Source: Vicinamibacteria bacterium (GTDB lineage: Bacteria > Acidobacteriota > Vicinamibacteria > Marinacidobacterales > Marinacidobacteraceae). Taken from it: DNA of 64,000 nt. The notes below the pieces were generated by a model that saw only the letters and a list, made by a program, of their open reading frames with translations, had not been told where the DNA came from and searched no databases. The position numbers and the translations under genes were made by a program. The stretch covers positions 80,505 to 144,504 of the forward strand of contig CAXXLQ010000001.1 of assembly GCA_963668695.2 (NCBI GenBank), read 5' to 3'. Positions 41,543 to 53,000 of this stretch are shown in pieces; the first letter of the stretch is position 1; each line of letters opens with the position of its first letter.

Positions 41543-42676
41543 TCATCCCAGGGCTTGGTCCAGATCGGCGATCAGATCGGCCGGATGCTCCAATCCGACG
41601 GACACCCGAATGAGATCGCGGGGGGTCTTGGTGTCCGGTCCCTCGACGAGCGCGCGGTGCTCTACCAGGCTTTCGACGCCGCCCAGGCTCGTTGCCCGCG
41701 TGAAGAGTTTGATGCGCGAGAGCACGCCCTTCGCGTGATCCTCTCCTCCGAGGGCCCGGAAGGAGAGCATGGCGCCGTAACCGTCTCCCTGGCGGGTCTG
41801 GACTGCGTGTCCGGGATCCGAAGCGAGCCCCGGATAGAAAGTCGCCGCCACGCGGGGATGGCCGCTCAGGAACTCCGCGAGCTTTCCCGCCGTCTCCGAC
41901 TGGGCCCGGATCCGGACGGGCAGGGTTCTCATCCCTCGGCGGAGCAGCCAGGCGTCGAACGGAGATGGCACCGGGCCGGTCTCGGTTTGCACGAAACGCA
42001 GCCGTGAGGCGAGTTCGAGACCTTCCCGCAGCACGACCGCTCCGCCGGTTACGTCGCTGTGCCCGCCGAAGTACTTCGTGGTGGCGTGGATCACGATGTC
42101 CGCGCCGAGAGCCAGTGGCCGCTGAAGAACCGGTGTCATCCAGGTGTTGTCCACGGCGACCAGCGCTCCCACGGCGCGGCAGCGGGCGGCGACGGCCGCG
42201 ATGTCGGTGATTCGCAGGGTGGGGTTCGAGGGGGTCTCCAGGATGGCGAGCGCGGGCCGTTCGTCAAGGCCGGCGGTTACGTCCTCCGGGTCCAGGAAAT
42301 CGGTGAAGCGGGTCCGGAGCCCCCAGCGAGCGAGAGACTCCTTCGCGAGGCGCACGGTCCCGTGATAGGCGTCCTGCGGCGCCAGGACGAGATCTCCGGG
42401 CGAGAGGGTCAGGAGAAGCGAATGAACGGCGGCGAGTCCCGAGGCAAAGCTCACGCACTCCGCGCCTCCCTCCAGGTCGGCGACCGCCTGCTCGAGCGCC
42501 GTCCGATCCGGATTGCCGCTGCGTCCGTAGATGAAGTCCGAAGCGAGGTTCCCCTCGGGATCTCGCCGGAACGTGGTCGAGAGGTGGATCGGCGGCGCCA
42601 CGGCCCCCGCCAGGTTCTCGGAGGAGCCGGCGTGCACGCTCCGGGTCTCGATCCGGTAATTCTTCTTGTCGTCCAT
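41543..42676 (-). CDS. Cys/Met metabolism PLP enzyme (cystathionine gamma-synthase/lyase family)
   Basis: PIHLSTTF, YGRSGNP, FASG, ETPSNP, VDNT, HATTKYFGGHSD, SLGGVESL, RVSVGLE. Confidence 0.93.
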   Translation of the reverse strand: MDDKKNYRIETRSVHAGSSENLAGAVAPPIHLSTTFRRDPEGNLASDFIYGRSGNPDRTALEQAVADLEGGAECVSFASGLAAVHSLLLTLSPGDLVLAPQDAYHGTVRLAKESLARWGLRTRFTDFLDPEDVTAGLDERPALAILETPSNPTLRITDIAAVAARCRAVGALVAVDNTWMTPVLQRPLALGADIVIHATTKYFGGHSDVTGGAVVLREGLELASRLRFVQTETGPVPSPFDAWLLRRGMRTLPVRIRAQSETAGKLAEFLSGHPRVAATFYPGLASDPGHAVQTRQGDGYGAMLSFRALGGEDHAKGVLSRIKLFTRATSLGGVESLVEHRALVEGPDTKTPRDLIRVSVGLEHPADLIADLDQALG

Positions 42677-42723
42677 GCGGCGCATTATGCGGTTCGGACC
42701 CGGCCACGGCGTCCACCGGAGCA

Positions 42724-42946
42724 CTAGCAGCCTGTGGATAAAGTGGCGTGAGCGCCGAGAGTGGCGAGGCGCCCGGCTGACAAGGCGCGCGAGGGAGGAG
42801 CCCCCACCGGGAGAACTGGCCCGAGTGTATTTCGACCGAAGCGCAACGATGAGCGAGGCGAAGCGCCAGTTCTCCCGGTGGGGGGGCGGTTCAGCCGGGA
42901 TGGATCGCCGGTCGAACGCCGCGTGACTTTGTTCACAGGCTGCTAG
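42724..42946. mobile_element. MITE-like modular repeat
   Basis: CTAG-CAGCCTGTGGATAAAGT...ACTTTGTTCACAGGCTG-CTAG. Confidence 0.8.
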
Positions 42947-42990
42947 GCTGCCGCCCACTGTTGCGCGACGCGAACAAACGGGCAGGTCCA

Positions 42991-43605
42991 GTGCGTCTTT
43001 CTTCCGAGGAGTCGAAGGATGCGCCGGTTGATCCACTTCGGGAGGAACGAGCCCTGGAGGATGCAGAGGAGCGCCGCCTGTTTCAAAGGTTTCGGGAGGC
43101 GGGAGACCTGTCCGCCTTCGACGAACTCGTTCGCCGCACCGAGAGTCGAGTTCGTTCGGTGGCCCTCGCCATCCTCCGGGATCGGGCCGAGGCCGAAGAC
43201 GCGGCCCAGGAGGCCTTTCTCCGGGCCTTCAGGCGCGCTTCCAGCTATCGGGGAGAGGGGCCGGTGGGCGCCTGGCTGTGCCGGATCGCGGTCCGTTCGG
43301 CCCACGACGCGCTCCGGCGGGCCGGCAGGCAGCGGCGACTCATCGAAGTGGCGAAGCAGCCCGGAGATGTGCAGGCGGAAGCCGGAAGCGTTGATCCGGA
43401 GGAAGAACTGCACCGCCGCACGGAGGTGGAGTCAGCGCTTCGGACGCTGCCCGCAGACGAGCGCGAGGCGCTGGTGCTGAAGGAAGTAGCAGGAATGACC
43501 TACCGGGAAATCTCCGAGTCGTGCGGCGTTCCGCTCGGGACCGTACAGTCCCGGATTCATCGGGCGCGCCAGCGCCTGGCCGACGCCCTTCGTCCGAGGG
43601 CTTGA
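42991..43605 (+). CDS. ECF RNA polymerase sigma factor
   Basis: AEDAAQEAFLRA, AWLCRIA, GMTYREI...PLGTVQSRIHRAR. Start uncertain. Confidence 0.9.
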   Translation: MRLSSEESKDAPVDPLREERALEDAEERRLFQRFREAGDLSAFDELVRRTESRVRSVALAILRDRAEAEDAAQEAFLRAFRRASSYRGEGPVGAWLCRIAVRSAHDALRRAGRQRRLIEVAKQPGDVQAEAGSVDPEEELHRRTEVESALRTLPADEREALVLKEVAGMTYREISESCGVPLGTVQSRIHRARQRLADALRPRA

Positions 43606-43649
43606 ACCGAGGGCTTGATCCGAGGGGTTGAACCGCGGAGCCGAACGAA

Positions 43650-44195
43650 ATGACCGATCAAGAAGTTCTCTCGGCGTATCTGGACGGCGAGCTCCCGCCG
43701 GCCGTGGCCCGGCGAGTCGAGGAGCGCCTCGACACCGATCCGGGGCTCCGCCCGGGGCTCAGGCAGGAGTACCACCGTCTCCAGCAGGTTTCCGCAGTCC
43801 TCCAGGTCCGCTGCGAGGCCGATCCCGGATTCCTCGTTCGGCATCGTCAGCGGCGTGATGATCTGTCACCGATCCGGCAATGGACCTGGAGGCAGTTGGG
43901 ATACCGGCTGACCGGGGTGGCCGCCGGAATGTTGATTGCCGCCGGTCTCAGCGTCTGGCAGGCCGAATGGCAGGCAGTGGACACGCCCGCGAACGCCACT
44001 GCGGAAGCCGAGGAGCTGGATTTGCTCGACTTCGAGGGCCAGATCCTGGCCGCGCCGGATTTCGGATCTCCGGATTTCGGATCCCCGGATTTCGAATCCC
44101 CGGTTTTCGAATCCCTGGCCATGGAAGGCCCGACTGACGAGCCGGTACTCCTGATTGTGCTTGGGGCCGGTTTTTCGCCGTCCGGGGAACGCTGA
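43650..44195 (+). CDS. Putative anti-sigma factor
   Basis: LSAYLDGEL N-terminus, a single TM helix, directly after the ECF sigma; contains a PDFGS tandem repeat. Confidence 0.75.
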   Translation: MTDQEVLSAYLDGELPPAVARRVEERLDTDPGLRPGLRQEYHRLQQVSAVLQVRCEADPGFLVRHRQRRDDLSPIRQWTWRQLGYRLTGVAAGMLIAAGLSVWQAEWQAVDTPANATAEAEELDLLDFEGQILAAPDFGSPDFGSPDFESPVFESLAMEGPTDEPVLLIVLGAGFSPSGER

Positions 44196-44758
44196 TGCCC
44201 GAAGCGAACCTGACCCCGCCGTCCGAGTCGGCGAACCGACGCTGGAAGCGGTTGATGCCGCTGCTCCTGGTGCTTGTCGGCTTCGGCGCCGGAGTGCTGG
44301 CGAGCCACCTCGCGCCGTCCGTCAGAAGGCATCGGGGCGCGGGCGGCGAGCATCGCATGGGCCATTTGAACGACTCCGACTCCCGGTCGGGGCGGCGCGC
44401 CGGCGAGGGGGCCGAACGAGGCCGTTCCCGCAGCCGCGAGGCTCGGGAAGGCGAGGAGCGAAGTCGCCGGTTCCGCGAACAACTCGCCCGCCGCCTCGGT
44501 CTCGACGAGGACCAACAGGCGCGGATGGAAGCCTTCATCGAGTTGAACCGCGCCGAAGCCAGTGAATTTTGGGATGACACCTACGCTCGCTACCGCGAAC
44601 TGCGGCTGCGGTTCCGCGAGCAGATCCGCGAGATCCTCAATGAGTCGCAGCGTCAGACCTTCGACGCCTGGATGCGCGAGAGAGGACGAAACGACGGGTC
44701 CCCCGATTCCGTAGAGGATTCCGCGGAAGGGGCGACCCCCGGAGGGAGAGCACGATGA
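44195..44758 (+). CDS. Periplasmic Spy/CpxP-like helical protein
   Basis: N-terminal TM helix; LGLDEDQQ and ILNESQRQTF (LTxxQ-like). Confidence 0.65.
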   Translation: MPEANLTPPSESANRRWKRLMPLLLVLVGFGAGVLASHLAPSVRRHRGAGGEHRMGHLNDSDSRSGRRAGEGAERGRSRSREAREGEERSRRFREQLARRLGLDEDQQARMEAFIELNRAEASEFWDDTYARYRELRLRFREQIREILNESQRQTFDAWMRERGRNDGSPDSVEDSAEGATPGGRAR

Positions 44759-44789
44759 CGGGAGAGAGCACGATGACGGGAGAAAGAAG

Positions 44790-47700
44790 ATGAGCGCGCC
44801 GGACCAGCACCGACACTCACACAGTCAGGAAGAGGTCAAGGAACGCGGCAACGCGCTGGCGCGCTTCGCCGTGGATCGCCGGGTCACGATCAGCATGATC
44901 GCCGTGGGGCTGATCGTGCTCGGATACGTCTCGCTCACCCGGCTCCCCCTCGAATTCCTCCCCTCGTTCGGGGCCAACAGCCTCTGGGTGAGTGTCGATT
45001 ACGAGTCCTCCTCCCCCGAGGAAACGGAGCGGCTGGTGGTTCGGCCGCTTGAGGAGAGTCTCGGGACCATCCCGGGCATCACCGTCCTCACCGCCACCGC
45101 GAACGCCAACAGCGGCAACGTGAGTATCGAGTTCAACGAAGCGGCGGACATGGATCTGATGGTCGTGGAGGCCCGCGACCGGGTGGACCGGGTCCGTCAT
45201 CTCCTTCCCGACGACATCGAACGCATCAACATCCGGCGCTTCCAGAGCAGCGACATCCCCATCCTCCAGTTCCACCTGGGGGCTCCCTGGGAACGGGAAC
45301 GCCTCTTCGACTTCGCCGAAGACTTCGTGCAGCCCCGGCTCGAGCGCCTTGAAGGCGTGGCCAGCGTGGACGTACGGGGCGTCCGCCGACGGGAATTGCG
45401 GGTGAGCATGGATCAGCGGCGGATGGCGGCGCTGAACGTGGATGTCCGGGATATTTCGACGGTTCTGTCCCAGAACAACGTCAATGTTTCCGGCGGCACC
45501 ATCATCGACGGATCCCGAAAGTTCATCGTCAGGACGGTCGGAGAGTTCCGCCGCCCGGAGGAGATCCGCGAAACCCCGATCGGCGATAGCGGACTGCGGC
45601 TGAGCGACGTCGCCGACGTCACCTATGAGTTCCCCACCCAGACTTCGTTCGACTATCTGAACGGCGAAGAAGCGGTCACCTTCCGCGTCTACAAGGCGTC
45701 CAACGCCAACGTGCTCGATGTCGCCGACGGCGTCAAGGCGGAGATGGCGGAGATCGCGTCGATATCCCGGTACGAGGATATCGACGTCCGGTACATCCAT
45801 GACTCTTCGGTCGACGTTCGCGGGGGGCTGTCGCAGCTCGCCCTTGCCGGGCTCTTTGGCGGAGGGCTCGCCATCCTCATCCTGCTCCTGTTCCTGCAGA
45901 AGGTCCGGACCACCCTGCTGGTCGCGGTGGCGATCCCGCTCTCGATCATCACCACGTTCGTGATCATGTACCTGGGCCGGCAGACGGGCCTCGTCGACAC
46001 CACCCTGAACGTGATCAGCCTCTTCGGGTTGATGGTGGCCGTCGGCATGCTCGCCGATCCCGCGATCGTGGTCATCGACTCGATCTCGCGCCACTTCACC
46101 GAATACCAGGAAGACTCCCGCACGGCGGCGATCCGCGGCGTCTCCGCCGTGACCATGCCGATCGTCGCCGGTGCGGCGACCACCATGTGCGTGTTCCTTC
46201 CGCTCGTTTTCCTCGGGGCGACGATGGGGGGCTTCTTCCGCATCTTCACCGACTTCGGGTTCACCCTGAGCGTGGTGATCGTGGCTTCCCTGCTCGTGGC
46301 GCTCACGGTCGTGCCCATGATGGCGGGCGTTGTCCTCCGCAACGAGCGGCGTGTCTATTCCCGGACGATGCGCCTCCTCGGCCGTCTCCACGGAAGGATC
46401 GTCCGGCGCACGCTCCAGCATCGGTTCGTTTCGCTCGGCGTCGCGATCGGTCTGTTGGGACTGGCCTGGATCCTCTACCAGAACACCGAGCGGTCCAGCT
46501 TCAGTTCGACGGTGGAACGACAGGTGACCGTCAACGTGGATGTGCCCCGGGCCTACTCGATTGACGAAACCCGCGAGGTGATGGAGTCGGTAGCGGCGCT
46601 TATCGAAGAGCGGCGCGATGAACTCGAGATCACCGACGTGGTTTACGAGTTCCGCCGCGGCGGCGGACGGTCGCGGGGCGGCTACGGCGGCGGCGGCCGT
46701 CGGTTCGAGCTCTACCTGGTGGATGAAATGGAGTCCGAGCGGAGCGTCCAGGAGATCACGGACGAGATCCGGGAGATGCTCCCGACGGTCGCCGGGGTTG
46801 ACTTCCGGATCGCCGAGAGCCGGGGGCACGGTCCCGGTGGGGGCAGCGGAATCCGGCTGGACCTGAAGGGCGACGACATGGACGTGCTCGAACTGATTTC
46901 GGGCCGCGTGGTTGAACGGCTCGCGTCGCTTCCCTGGATCCGGGATGTGGACACTTCGCTCGAGAGCGGAACCGAAGAGCTCCATATCACCCCGCACGCG
47001 GAACGGGCGCTCGCTTCCGGTTCCGGGACCAATGCGGTGGCCCAGACCGTTCGCAGTGCATTGACTTCGCGACCGGTGGGGACCATCGAGAGCGACCAAC
47101 GGGAAGTGGACATCGTGGTTCAGTTCCCCGAGGAACAGCGCGAGCGGCTTGATCACCTCCGCAGCATGCCGGTCTTCGTGGCCGGCGCCCGGGTGCCCGT
47201 GGGGGCGATGGCCGACTTCGAGGTGGTGAGCGGGCCGCGCAGCATCGAGCGCGAAGATCGCCGTCCCAAGCTGACCATCAGCGCCAACACCACGGTTCCG
47301 GGAGCTTCTTTCCGGCTCATGGGGCAGGTGCGGGAACAGCTCGCCGACATCGCGCTACCGCCGGGTTACGAGTGGAGCTTCGACCGGTGGAGCCGCATGG
47401 GCCAGGCGGATTTCTCCGCCGCGGGGTTCGCCTTCGCCTTCGCACTTCTCCTGATCTACCTGATCATGGTGGCGCTTTTCGAGAGCTTCCTCCATCCGGC
47501 GGTGATCATGTTCTCGATCCCGTTCTCTTTCATCGGAGTGGCGGTAACGCTCAAGCTCACCGGACAGACGCTCGGCAACACCGCGATGCTGGGTCTGGTA
47601 CTGCTCGCCGGGATCGTCGTGAACAACGCCATCGTGTTGATCGCGCACGTCAACACCCTCCGCCGCGAGGGCATGTCCCGGGACGAGGCGCTCGTTCTTG

Positions 47701-48023
47701 GGAGCGAGCACCGGCTACGGCCGGTCATGATGACCGCCCTGACTACCTTCTGCGGCCTGATGCCGCTCGCGGCGCCCTACTTCCTGCCGGGGCTCTTCGG
47801 GTCGGTGGATGGGCGCGCCGGACAATGGGCGCCGATCGGCCTCGTGCTGGCCGGAGGACTGCCTGCCTCCACCCTGCTCACCCTGCTTCTCGTTCCCACG
47901 ATCTATGCCGTGACCGACGACCTCAAGCGGCTGGTCTGGCCCTACACCACCGCCCCGGAGGTCCGTGCGGCGATTGAGCCCGCAGCGACCGGTGCGCCGG
48001 CTCTGAACCCAGTCACGCAGTGA
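44790..48023 (+). CDS. RND efflux permease (AcrB family)
   Basis: VGMLADPAIVV, ALFESFLHP, GIVVNNAIVL, RLRPVMMT. Confidence 0.92.
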   Translation: MSAPDQHRHSHSQEEVKERGNALARFAVDRRVTISMIAVGLIVLGYVSLTRLPLEFLPSFGANSLWVSVDYESSSPEETERLVVRPLEESLGTIPGITVLTATANANSGNVSIEFNEAADMDLMVVEARDRVDRVRHLLPDDIERINIRRFQSSDIPILQFHLGAPWERERLFDFAEDFVQPRLERLEGVASVDVRGVRRRELRVSMDQRRMAALNVDVRDISTVLSQNNVNVSGGTIIDGSRKFIVRTVGEFRRPEEIRETPIGDSGLRLSDVADVTYEFPTQTSFDYLNGEEAVTFRVYKASNANVLDVADGVKAEMAEIASISRYEDIDVRYIHDSSVDVRGGLSQLALAGLFGGGLAILILLLFLQKVRTTLLVAVAIPLSIITTFVIMYLGRQTGLVDTTLNVISLFGLMVAVGMLADPAIVVIDSISRHFTEYQEDSRTAAIRGVSAVTMPIVAGAATTMCVFLPLVFLGATMGGFFRIFTDFGFTLSVVIVASLLVALTVVPMMAGVVLRNERRVYSRTMRLLGRLHGRIVRRTLQHRFVSLGVAIGLLGLAWILYQNTERSSFSSTVERQVTVNVDVPRAYSIDETREVMESVAALIEERRDELEITDVVYEFRRGGGRSRGGYGGGGRRFELYLVDEMESERSVQEITDEIREMLPTVAGVDFRIAESRGHGPGGGSGIRLDLKGDDMDVLELISGRVVERLASLPWIRDVDTSLESGTEELHITPHAERALASGSGTNAVAQTVRSALTSRPVGTIESDQREVDIVVQFPEEQRERLDHLRSMPVFVAGARVPVGAMADFEVVSGPRSIEREDRRPKLTISANTTVPGASFRLMGQVREQLADIALPPGYEWSFDRWSRMGQADFSAAGFAFAFALLLIYLIMVALFESFLHPAVIMFSIPFSFIGVAVTLKLTGQTLGNTAMLGLVLLAGIVVNNAIVLIAHVNTLRREGMSRDEALVLGSEHRLRPVMMTALTTFCGLMPLAAPYFLPGLFGSVDGRAGQWAPIGLVLAGGLPASTLLTLLLVPTIYAVTDDLKRLVWPYTTAPEVRAAIEPAATGAPALNPVTQ

Positions 48024-50005
48024 GGGAATTCGTGCCCCAGACAAAGACAACGACACGCTCGCCGCGGGGCTGGAAAATCCCCGGACGAAAGCTTCTCCAG
48101 GCGCTGATCCTGGTCGGTTTGGCCGGCGCCTTGGCGTGCGGATCCTCCGAAGAGGAAGGGGCTGCTCCGGGCCGTTCCGGCGGGGGCGGCGGCGGCAGGC
48201 CGGGAGGTGGTCCACCGGGCGGATTCGGCGGGGGAGAGAGTGCGGGCACGGAAGTACCCGTCGAAGTCGTCGAAATCCTGCCCGGCGAGATCTCGGCGTT
48301 CATCGAGACGAACGGCACCCTGGAAGCGGAGCGCGAGGTGGACATCGTGGCCCGCGCCGGCGGCCCGCTGGTGGCTCTCAATACCGAAGAGGGAATGCAG
48401 GTGAAGGCGGGCGAGTTGCTTGCCCAGATTGATGAAGCTGAGGCGCGCGCGCAGGTGGAGATCGCCAAGGTAGCGCTGCAGGACGCGGAACTTGTCCACA
48501 ACCGGGCGAAGGCGTCGCTCGAGAATGCGGTCGTGAGCCAGGAGGTGTACGACAGCGCGCGCTCTGGTCTGGAATCGGCGCGGGCGCAGTTGGTCGGAAA
48601 CGAGATCCAGCTGAGTTATACCCAAATCGCGGCGCCCTTCGACGGGCTGATCATCCAGCGCGCCGTGAAGTTTGGGGAAACAGTGGCGGTGGGGCAGCAA
48701 CTCTTCCGCATCTCCGACTTCGATCCACTCCTCTGCACCATCGGAGTGCCCGAGCGGGACCTGACCCGGCTCTCGATCGGCCAGCCGGCGATTCTGGAAG
48801 TGGAAGCTTTTCCGGGCGAGCTGTTCCGGGGCCGGGTGCTGCGAATCAGCCCGGTGGTGGACTCCGCGACCGGGACGATCCGGGTGACCCTGGAAGTGGA
48901 CCGGCGCGGACGGCTCAGCCCCGGGATGTTCGCCGGAGTGCGGCTCGTGACCGACGTGCGCCAGAACGCGCTGATCATGCCCAAACGCGCCCTCTCCCTG
49001 GAGAGCCTCGCCGACTCGGTCTTCGTCGTGGAGGACGGGGTTGCCTACCGCCGCAACGTGACCCTCGGCTATGAAGAGGATGATCGGGTTGAGGTGACCG
49101 CCGGGCTCAGCGCGAACGACCGGGTGATCGTGGTCGGCCAGGACGGTTTGACCGATGCCACCCCGGTTCAGATCCTCGTCGGCCCGGGGGCGGAGGAGCC
49201 CAGGAGCCGCACGGCGGACGCCGGGAGCCCGCCGGGTGGATCCGGAATGTCCGAGGAGCGTCGCGCTGCGATGCGCGAGCGGATGCGTGAGCGCGGTATG
49301 ACCGACGAGCAAATCGACACCCGGCTCGCGGCCATGGAAACGGGCGGAGGCCCTCCGGGGGGAGGCGTCCCGTCGCGTGGTGCCCAATCGCGTGGCGGAG
49401 GGGCGCCTACCGCTTCCCCGGCCGAAGAGCGGCCGGCAGCGGACCAAACCCCGGCGGACCAAACGTCCCGGGAAGCTCCCGCAACACCGCCGGGTTCGAC
49501 CACCCCGGACCGAGCCCCGAGGGCAACTCCCGCTCCGGCAGACAGCGAGGAGCCCTCGGCACCGGCGGCGCCCGCTCCGGCGGCCGCGCCGGTGACTGCG
49601 GCGGAACCGCCAGGATCGCCAGGACCGCCGGGATCGCCAGGATCGGGCGCGGCGTCCACCTCACCGCGGCGGACGGGTCGTGCTGCCGGTTCACGGGCCG
49701 GGCGCGCCGGGACCGCGACGGCCGCCGGGCCGGGAGAAGGCACTGCACCGGATTCCTTCGAGAGCCTCCCGCCCGAAACGCAGGAAGCGATTCGCGCTCG
49801 CCTGCGTTCCATGGGCTTGACCGACGAACAGATCGAGGAGCGGGTCCGCCGCGGTTGGGGGTTGCCCTCAGCTGAGGGAGCGTCCCGGGACGCGGAACCA
49901 ACACCCGAGCAGCTTGAAGCTTTGCGCGAACAACTCCGTAGCCGGGGAATGACGGAAGAACAGATCGAGGAGATCATCGCCCGGCGCCGCCGTCCGCCGC
50001 GTTAG
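48020..50005 (+). CDS. RND membrane fusion protein with a long C-terminal extension
   Basis: Lipobox LAC; VKAGELLAQID, IAAPFDG, ISPVVDSATGT, LSPGMFA. Confidence 0.88.
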   Translation: MREFVPQTKTTTRSPRGWKIPGRKLLQALILVGLAGALACGSSEEEGAAPGRSGGGGGGRPGGGPPGGFGGGESAGTEVPVEVVEILPGEISAFIETNGTLEAEREVDIVARAGGPLVALNTEEGMQVKAGELLAQIDEAEARAQVEIAKVALQDAELVHNRAKASLENAVVSQEVYDSARSGLESARAQLVGNEIQLSYTQIAAPFDGLIIQRAVKFGETVAVGQQLFRISDFDPLLCTIGVPERDLTRLSIGQPAILEVEAFPGELFRGRVLRISPVVDSATGTIRVTLEVDRRGRLSPGMFAGVRLVTDVRQNALIMPKRALSLESLADSVFVVEDGVAYRRNVTLGYEEDDRVEVTAGLSANDRVIVVGQDGLTDATPVQILVGPGAEEPRSRTADAGSPPGGSGMSEERRAAMRERMRERGMTDEQIDTRLAAMETGGGPPGGGVPSRGAQSRGGGAPTASPAEERPAADQTPADQTSREAPATPPGSTTPDRAPRATPAPADSEEPSAPAAPAPAAAPVTAAEPPGSPGPPGSPGSGAASTSPRRTGRAAGSRAGRAGTATAAGPGEGTAPDSFESLPPETQEAIRARLRSMGLTDEQIEERVRRGWGLPSAEGASRDAEPTPEQLEALREQLRSRGMTEEQIEEIIARRRRPPR

Positions 50006-50039
50006 CCCAGCCGCACCTCCTCACGGACAGCCCCGACCG

Positions 50040-53000
50040 ATGCGCATCGTCGACTTTTCCATCCGGCGGCCCGTCACCGTCGTGGTGCTGTTCATCGCCA
50101 TCGTGGTGTTCGGGGTGGTCGGTTTCGACCGCCTGTCCGTGGATCTGCTGCCGGACATTACCTACCCGTCGCTGAACGTCCGCACCGAGTACGAGGGCGC
50201 CGCGCCCAGCGAGATCGAAAACCTGATCACCAGGCCCATCGAAAACGCGGTCGGGGTGGTCAACAACGTGAATCGGGTCGTTTCTTCCTCCCGGCCCGAC
50301 GTCAGCGAAGTCACTTTGGAGTTCGGTTGGGGAACGGACATGGACATGGCCGCGCTGGACGTGCGCGAACGGCTCGACGTGGTGCGGCTCCCGCTTGACG
50401 CGCCGCGACCGACGCTCCTGCGTTTCGATCCTTCGCTGGACCCGATCCTCCGCTTCGGGCTGACCGGAAGCGAGGACCTCGTCCGACTCAGGCTCATTGC
50501 GGAACAGGAGATCCAGCGCAACCTCGAGCGCGTCGAAGGGGTGGCGGCGGTGCTCGTCAGCGGCGGCCTGGAAGAGGAAATCCACGTCGAAATCGACGAG
50601 CGGAAGGTGGCGAGCCTCGGGCTCTCGATTCCCGCAGTGGTGAACCGGCTCGCTCAGGAGAATGTCAACCTGACCGCCGGGCGCCTGCTCGACGGTGGAA
50701 CCGAGTACCTGGTCCGAACGATCAACGAATTCGAGCGTCCCGAGGACATGCGGGACATCGTGGTGGATGCCGAGCGCACCGTGATCCGGCTCGACGACAT
50801 AGCCACCATTAGCCGGGGCGCCAAGGAACGGGAGGTCATCACCCGCATCGACGGCCTCGAATCGATCGAGATCGCCGTGTACAAGGAGGGGGGGACGAAC
50901 ACCGTCACCGTGGCGGACGACGTCATGGCCCGCGTCGAAGAACTTCAGGAGCGCCTGGGCCGGGTGGGCGAGGATCTCGCGCTGACCCTGGTCACCGACC
51001 AGGCGCGCTACATCCGCCAGTCGGTGTCCGAGGTGCTCCAGACCGCGGTGTTCGGGGGCATTCTCGCGATCCTGGTACTGATCCTCTTCCTCGGGGAACT
51101 GCGGTCTACTGCGATCATCGGGATCTCCATTCCGATTTCGGTCATCGGAACCTTCTTCCTGATGTATGTGTCGGGCGTCTCGCTCAACATCATGTCGCTC
51201 GGCGGCATCACCCTGGGCATCGGGCTGCTGGTGGACAACTCGATCGTGGTGCTCGAAGCGATCAAGCGGAAACGGCATGAGGGACTTGGTCTCGTCGAGG
51301 CTTCCCGGGCCGGAACCGGCGAGGTCGGACAGGCGGTGATCGCCAGCACGATGACGACGGTCTGCGTTTTCGTGCCGATCGTGTTCGTCGAGGGGATCGC
51401 GGGGCAGTTGTTCGGAGACCAGGCGCTCACGGTGACCTTCTCGCTCGCGGTTTCGCTGCTCGTCGCGCTCACGCTGATCCCGATGCTCGCCTCGCGCGAA
51501 TTCCGTCCGGCCCCCGCGACGGAAGCCGCGATTTTCAGGACCGCGGCCGGCCGCCTTTTCGGGCGGGTCGTTTCAGCGGTGAGCCGGGGTGTGATGTGGG
51601 TCGTCTTCGGGATCTTCAAGGGTGTCGATCTCGTCATCAAGGGGATCCTCTGGCTGCCGAGCCGGCTCTTCCAGTTGGCGTACAACGGCGTCGTCCGCGC
51701 CTATCCGCCGGTTCTGAACGGGGCCCTCAATCATCCGTTCCGGGTGGGAACCCCTGCCATCGTGCTCTTCGCCGGGGCGCTCTACGTGGTCCCTTCGCTC
51801 GGGACGGAACTCGTGCCCGAGTTGGTCCAGGGAGAGTTCTTCGTGGACACCGAGCTTCCCGCCGGCACCCACCTGGATCTCAATTCCCGGCGCCTTATGC
51901 ATCTTGAGCAAGCGGCCCGTGAGATCCCCGGAGTACGCACGGTCTACGCAACGGTGGGGACCAGCAGCCAGCAGGGCGGGGCAGCCGGAGAACTCCGGGA
52001 GAACATCGGCCAGATTACCGTGGTGCTGGATCCTCCGGTGGACCGCGACCGGGAAGAGGCGGCGATTGCGGAGCTCCGCCCGCAGCTCGAGGCAGACCCG
52101 GATTTGCTCTACATCTTCGGGCGGCCGTCCTACTTCAGCTTCCGAACCCCGGTGGAACTCGAGATCCGCGGCTTCAACCTCACTCAGCTGGAACGGACCG
52201 CCGACGAGGCGGTCGCCGGCCTCCGGCAGATTCCGGGGCTCGTGGACGTCAAGTCGTCCACCGAGGGTGGGAACCCCGAACTACAGATCCGGTTCCACCG
52301 CGACCGGGTGGCGTCGCTTGGATACAACGTGAACCAGCTCGGCAACCTCATCCGCACCAAGGTGCTTGGCGATGTAGCCACCGACATCCAGCGGGACGAC
52401 CGTTCCATCGACATCCGTCTCCGCAGCGACGAATCCTTCCGCGACAGCATTGAGGATCTGCGGAATCTGAACATCTCCGACGATGCCGCCGCCACGATCC
52501 CGCTTTCGAGCGTGGCCGATGTGGACGAAGTGATCGGCCCCGCGGAAATCCGCCGCGCCGACGGCGAGCGGGTGGCCACGATCACCGCGAACATCCTCGG
52601 GCGGGATCTCGGAAGCGTGGCCACCGACATCGAGGCCCTGATGGCGGGCATTGGGATGCCCGCCAGCTTCAGTTGGCGGCTCGGCGGCCAGCAGGAGGAG
52701 ATGGAGACCTCCTTTGCGAGCATGCAGTTCGCGATCCTGCTCGCGGTGTTCATGGTCTACCTGGTGATGGCCTCGCAGTTCGAGTCGCTGCTCCATCCGT
52801 TCGTGATCCTTTTCTCCGTTCCGTTTTCCCTCGTCGGGGTGATCTTCGCCCTCAAGCTGTTCTCGGTGACGGTGAGTGTGGTGGTGCTGATCGGGGTCAT
52901 CATGCTGGCGGGCATCGTGGTGAACAACGCCATCCTGCTGCTCGACACCACCAACCGCCTCCGTCGCGGCGGCATGGCGAAGTTGGACGCGCTGCGGGAG

